Shown: one piece after another, positions 45,466-48,337 of the stretch | Numbering within the stretch: the stretch's first letter is position 1 | Layout: the number at the start of each line of letters is the position of its first letter | From: Mageeibacillus sp. UBA1255 | GTDB lineage: Bacteria; Bacillota; Clostridia; UBA1212; UBA1255 | Direction of reading: 5' to 3' | Assembly (NCBI GenBank): GCA_002308795.1 | Contig: DBVV01000068.1 | Location: forward strand, 1,076-49,412 | DNA length: 48,337 nt | Made by a program: the position numbers and the translations under genes | The notes under the pieces: generated by a model | Databases searched by the model: none | What the model saw: only the letters and a program-made list of their open reading frames with translations | What the model was told of the DNA's origin: nothing

Positions 45466-45494
45466 ATTATACCATACTATTTTTTTAAATGCAA
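45466..45494 (-). promoter_or_regulatory. Promoter for the M23 peptidase gene, overlapping the ecfT stop
   Basis: The minus strand reads TTGCAT, 17 nt, TATAAT, with an extended -10 TG. The -35 box overlaps the last ecfT codons (GCI*). Confidence 0.6.
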
Positions 45495-46294
45495 CCCGTA
45501 AAAACGTACGTGAGCAGTATTATCCCGGCCGCATATGCCAGGAATACCGCCAGTGCGATAAGATCGAGACGCGAAAATTTCATTACCCTGTACCTTGTCC
45601 GGCCCTCGCCGCCGCGGTAGCACCTGGCGTTCATTGCCTGCGCCAGTTCGTCTGCCCTTCTCCACGCGCTTATAAAAAGCGGGATCAGGACAGGTATGTA
45701 GCTCTTTACACGCTCGATCAGCTTTTTGCTGTCGAAATCGGAGCCGCGCGCCGTCTGGGCTTTCATAATACGGTCGGTCTCGTCTGCGAAGATCGGAATG
45801 AATTTGAGCGCGATACCCATCATCATTGCCGCCTCATGCACGGGAAATCTGACGACCTTAAGAGGCTTCATCAGCGACTCGAGACCGTCGGTGAGATTGA
45901 CCGAAGTGGTCGTATAGGTAACGACCGAGGCTCCGATTACGAGTGAAAGTATCCTGAGCGCCATTTTAGTGCTGAATATCAGGCCGTCCTTATATATGTG
46001 TATGAACCGCCATGACCAGAGAAGTTCTTTTCCCTGGTAGAAGAAAATATTTATCACAAACGTGACGGCAATAATGAAAATGACGGCTTTTATGCTTTTC
46101 AGCACGTATTTGAACGGTATTTTCGCCGAAATGAATACCGCTGCGAGGAATACTGCCGTCAGCGCGTATCCCGTGAAAGACTTGATCAGAAGGACCAGGA
46201 CCATAAACGCGAGCGTGCCGAGAAGTTTCGTGCGCGGATCAAGGCGGTGGATGAACGAATCGCCGGGGATGTATTGACCGAATGTTGCTCTCAT
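45485..46294 (-). CDS. ecfT: Energy-coupling factor transporter transmembrane component EcfT
   Basis: GQYIPGDSFIHRLDPRTKLL, multiple transmembrane segments and the conserved ARG...F region. ATGA overlap with the upstream ATPase gene. Confidence 0.9.
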   Translation of the reverse strand: MRATFGQYIPGDSFIHRLDPRTKLLGTLAFMVLVLLIKSFTGYALTAVFLAAVFISAKIPFKYVLKSIKAVIFIIAVTFVINIFFYQGKELLWSWRFIHIYKDGLIFSTKMALRILSLVIGASVVTYTTTSVNLTDGLESLMKPLKVVRFPVHEAAMMMGIALKFIPIFADETDRIMKAQTARGSDFDSKKLIERVKSYIPVLIPLFISAWRRADELAQAMNARCYRGGEGRTRYRVMKFSRLDLIALAVFLAYAAGIILLTYVFTGCI

Positions 46295-48237
46295 TGTCCG
46301 GCCACCACCCCTTCATCGCTCTTCCTGCCTAAAATCGACAGCAGCTCGTCGACTCCGTCGTCTACCGTATAGATCTTTCTTGAGATATTGACGTCGGGCA
46401 GCGCTTCGTTCAGGCGGTGGAACAGATCGGAAAGCTGCGGGACGGTCAGACCCATTTCAATAAGTTCCTGCCGGTTTTCAAACACTTTGGACGGTTCGTC
46501 GAACATGCGTACGGCAGAATGATCCATAACAAGTATGCGGTCGCAGATGCGGGCAACGTCATCCATGCTGTGGGATACGAGTATGACGGTGTTTCCGTTT
46601 TTGTTCAGTTCGCGGCATATTTCCAGAATGCTGTCACGTCCGGCGGGGTCAAGTCCGGCGGCAGGTTCGTCGAGTACGAGTATTCCGGGGCGCATGACGA
46701 GTATACCTGCGATGGCGACGCGCCTTTTCTGACCTCCGGACAGGTCGTAGATCGATTTCTCACGCACGTTCTCCGGATCGAGTCCTACCGCTTTTAACGC
46801 CTCGTCCACTCTCGCCGCGGTCTCTTCTTCGGTAAGACCGTCGTTCCTTATTCCAAACGCCACGTCTTTTGCTACGGTAGATTCGAACAGCTGGTATTCA
46901 GGATACTGAAACACGAGTCCGACGCGGCGTCTCATAGATTTAACGTTTGACGTGCCCATCTCCTCTCCGCCGATCTTTATGCTCCCCTCCTGCGGCTTCA
47001 GAAGCCCGTTGAGATGCTGGACAAGAGTTGATTTTCCGCAGCCGGTATGACCGATGATGCCGATAAACTCGCCGTCGCCGGCGTGAAAACTCACGCTATC
47101 GACCGCCTTTTTAGGAGTCTGGTTGACCGAAGGGTATGAATAAGAGATATTGACCGCTTCGACCGAGTTGGGGCCTTCACGAAATACATACGGATCCCCG
47201 GCCGTGCGCCTCAGAAGCTCGCGCTTTTGCATTGCCTCGCTCGTACATCTGACCGGATCGGCTTCCTTTTCTATGATCTTCAGCAGAGCCTCTTCGGCTT
47301 CAGCGACGGTTATGACGTCCGCGGGGATATCTACACCGGAATTCCTGAGCGCTTCGGCAAGTGCGGTGACCTGCGGTACCTCGAGCCCGTACAGGCGCAT
47401 CTCAGCTGGCTTTGAAAACAATTCCCGCGGTGTTCCTGAAAGCACCGGCCTCCCGCCGTCGATAACTATCGCACGGTCGCATCCGGCGACTTCATCCATA
47501 TGGTGTGTTATGTGGACGATGGTGATGCCGTGCTCTTTATTCAGCATACCGGCTACCTTCATTACTTCCTTGCGTCCGACCGGATCGAGCATCGCAGTAG
47601 CTTCATCGAGAACGATGCATTTGGGCTTCATGGCGAGTATTCCTGCGATAGCGAGGCGCTGTTTCTGCCCCCCGGACATAAGATTAGGCTCTTTCTTCAG
47701 CCTGTCGCCCAGCCCGACAGTTTCCGCCGCTTCTTTTACCCTCACGACCATTTCCGGCCTCGGGACGCCTATATTTTCAAGTCCGAACGCTATATCTTCT
47801 TCGACCGAAGCGCCGATTATCTGATTATCGGGATTCTGGAAGACCATTCCTACGCGCGAGCGTATCTCCCACTCCATCTCTTCGCGCGACGTGTCGATGC
47901 CGTCGACAATAAGCGTGCCTTTGGATGGTATGAGCAGCGCGTTCATAAGTTTGGCAAGCGTCGATTTCCCCGATCCGTTTCGTCCGATGACGGCAATGAA
48001 TTCTCCGCTGTTTATAGTGAGGTCAACGTTTTCGAGCGCTTTTACGTATCTTTTTCCGTCGCGTATCTCGTCGCCCGTTTCCGCGTTTTTTCCGTCTTCG
48101 TCTTCATCGTATGACAATTCGTAGGAATACGAAACGTTATCGAATGATATGAACCCATTCGATCCATCGGACACTATTTGCGGCTCCTGTGCAGGAGGCA
48201 TTTCGGTTAACTGCTTTTTTTTCTTCTTCCCAAACAT
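46291..48237 (-). CDS. Fused tandem ECF transporter ATPase (EcfA-EcfA' in one polypeptide)
   Basis: Two complete ABC cassettes. The first has GRNGSGKSTL / LSGGQKQR / VLDEATAMLD. The second has GHTGCGKSTL / LSGGQKRR / VLDEPAAGLD. Each is followed by the ECF-type C-terminal helices. The RBS is GGAGGG. Confidence 0.9.
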   Translation of the reverse strand: MFGKKKKKQLTEMPPAQEPQIVSDGSNGFISFDNVSYSYELSYDEDEDGKNAETGDEIRDGKRYVKALENVDLTINSGEFIAVIGRNGSGKSTLAKLMNALLIPSKGTLIVDGIDTSREEMEWEIRSRVGMVFQNPDNQIIGASVEEDIAFGLENIGVPRPEMVVRVKEAAETVGLGDRLKKEPNLMSGGQKQRLAIAGILAMKPKCIVLDEATAMLDPVGRKEVMKVAGMLNKEHGITIVHITHHMDEVAGCDRAIVIDGGRPVLSGTPRELFSKPAEMRLYGLEVPQVTALAEALRNSGVDIPADVITVAEAEEALLKIIEKEADPVRCTSEAMQKRELLRRTAGDPYVFREGPNSVEAVNISYSYPSVNQTPKKAVDSVSFHAGDGEFIGIIGHTGCGKSTLVQHLNGLLKPQEGSIKIGGEEMGTSNVKSMRRRVGLVFQYPEYQLFESTVAKDVAFGIRNDGLTEEETAARVDEALKAVGLDPENVREKSIYDLSGGQKRRVAIAGILVMRPGILVLDEPAAGLDPAGRDSILEICRELNKNGNTVILVSHSMDDVARICDRILVMDHSAVRMFDEPSKVFENRQELIEMGLTVPQLSDLFHRLNEALPDVNISRKIYTVDDGVDELLSILGRKSDEGVVAGQ

Positions 48238-48268
48238 AAAAATGCGCCCTCCGCAAAGGCGTGAGCGT

Positions 48269-48297
48269 ATTTTAGCATTTTTATCCGCTTAGTGCAA
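48269..48297 (-). promoter_or_regulatory. Promoter for the ecfAA'-ecfT operon
   Basis: The minus strand reads TTGCAC, 17 nt, TAAAAT, about 30 nt upstream of the ATG at 48237. Confidence 0.55.
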
Positions 48298-48337
48298 CGG
48301 AGATGTGGGTAAAGGCTCTACTCCCAAAATCGTAACA

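Overview
This window looks like a chromosomal segment of a Gram-positive anaerobe, probably Clostridia; that is inferred from strong GGAGG ribosome-binding sites, frequent ATGA start/stop overlaps and the gene content. I support about 45 protein-coding genes. I found no rRNA, tRNA, CRISPR array, integrase or transposase. From left to right:

- **1-1193:** a partial ABC exporter and a SAM-dependent methyltransferase.
- **1365-6795:** a translationally coupled three-gene operon encoding a TerB-N/TerB-C protein, a DUF2791/BrxD-like ATPase and an Lhr/BrxHI-like SF2 helicase. To my recollection this matches the anti-phage architecture named Shango. It lies in an unusually GC-rich block of about 5 kb, and that block ends abruptly inside the helicase gene.
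- **6788-8634:** a D-Ala-D-Ala carboxypeptidase-like lipoprotein and an SDR, both overlapping the upstream operon.
- **8642-8711:** a 70-bp heptad (21-bp) tandem repeat.
- **8714-12019:** Mrp/ApbC and a DUF4091 (GH123-like) secreted protein.
- **12241-12839:** a HicAB toxin-antitoxin pair.
- **12853-24880:** an anaerobic sulfatase maturase converging on an 11-kb minus-strand operon with a consensus promoter. The operon encodes two GDPD-family phosphodiesterases, a Cys-type sulfatase, a LysR regulator, three paralogous secreted LamG-like proteins with shuffled domains, and a 58-aa acidic ORF.
- **25035-48237:** housekeeping genes (htpG, malQ, ilvE, mtaB, coaD, rsmD, rpmB, rnz, cca, an M23 peptidase, ecfT, a fused ecfA-ecfA').
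  - A PqqD / HprK-like kinase / S24-S26 peptidase trio with no visible precursor peptide sits between ilvE and malQ.
  - A 1167-aa Sel1-repeat protein is coupled to a PflX-type radical SAM enzyme.

All family assignments come from motif recognition by eye. No database search was run.
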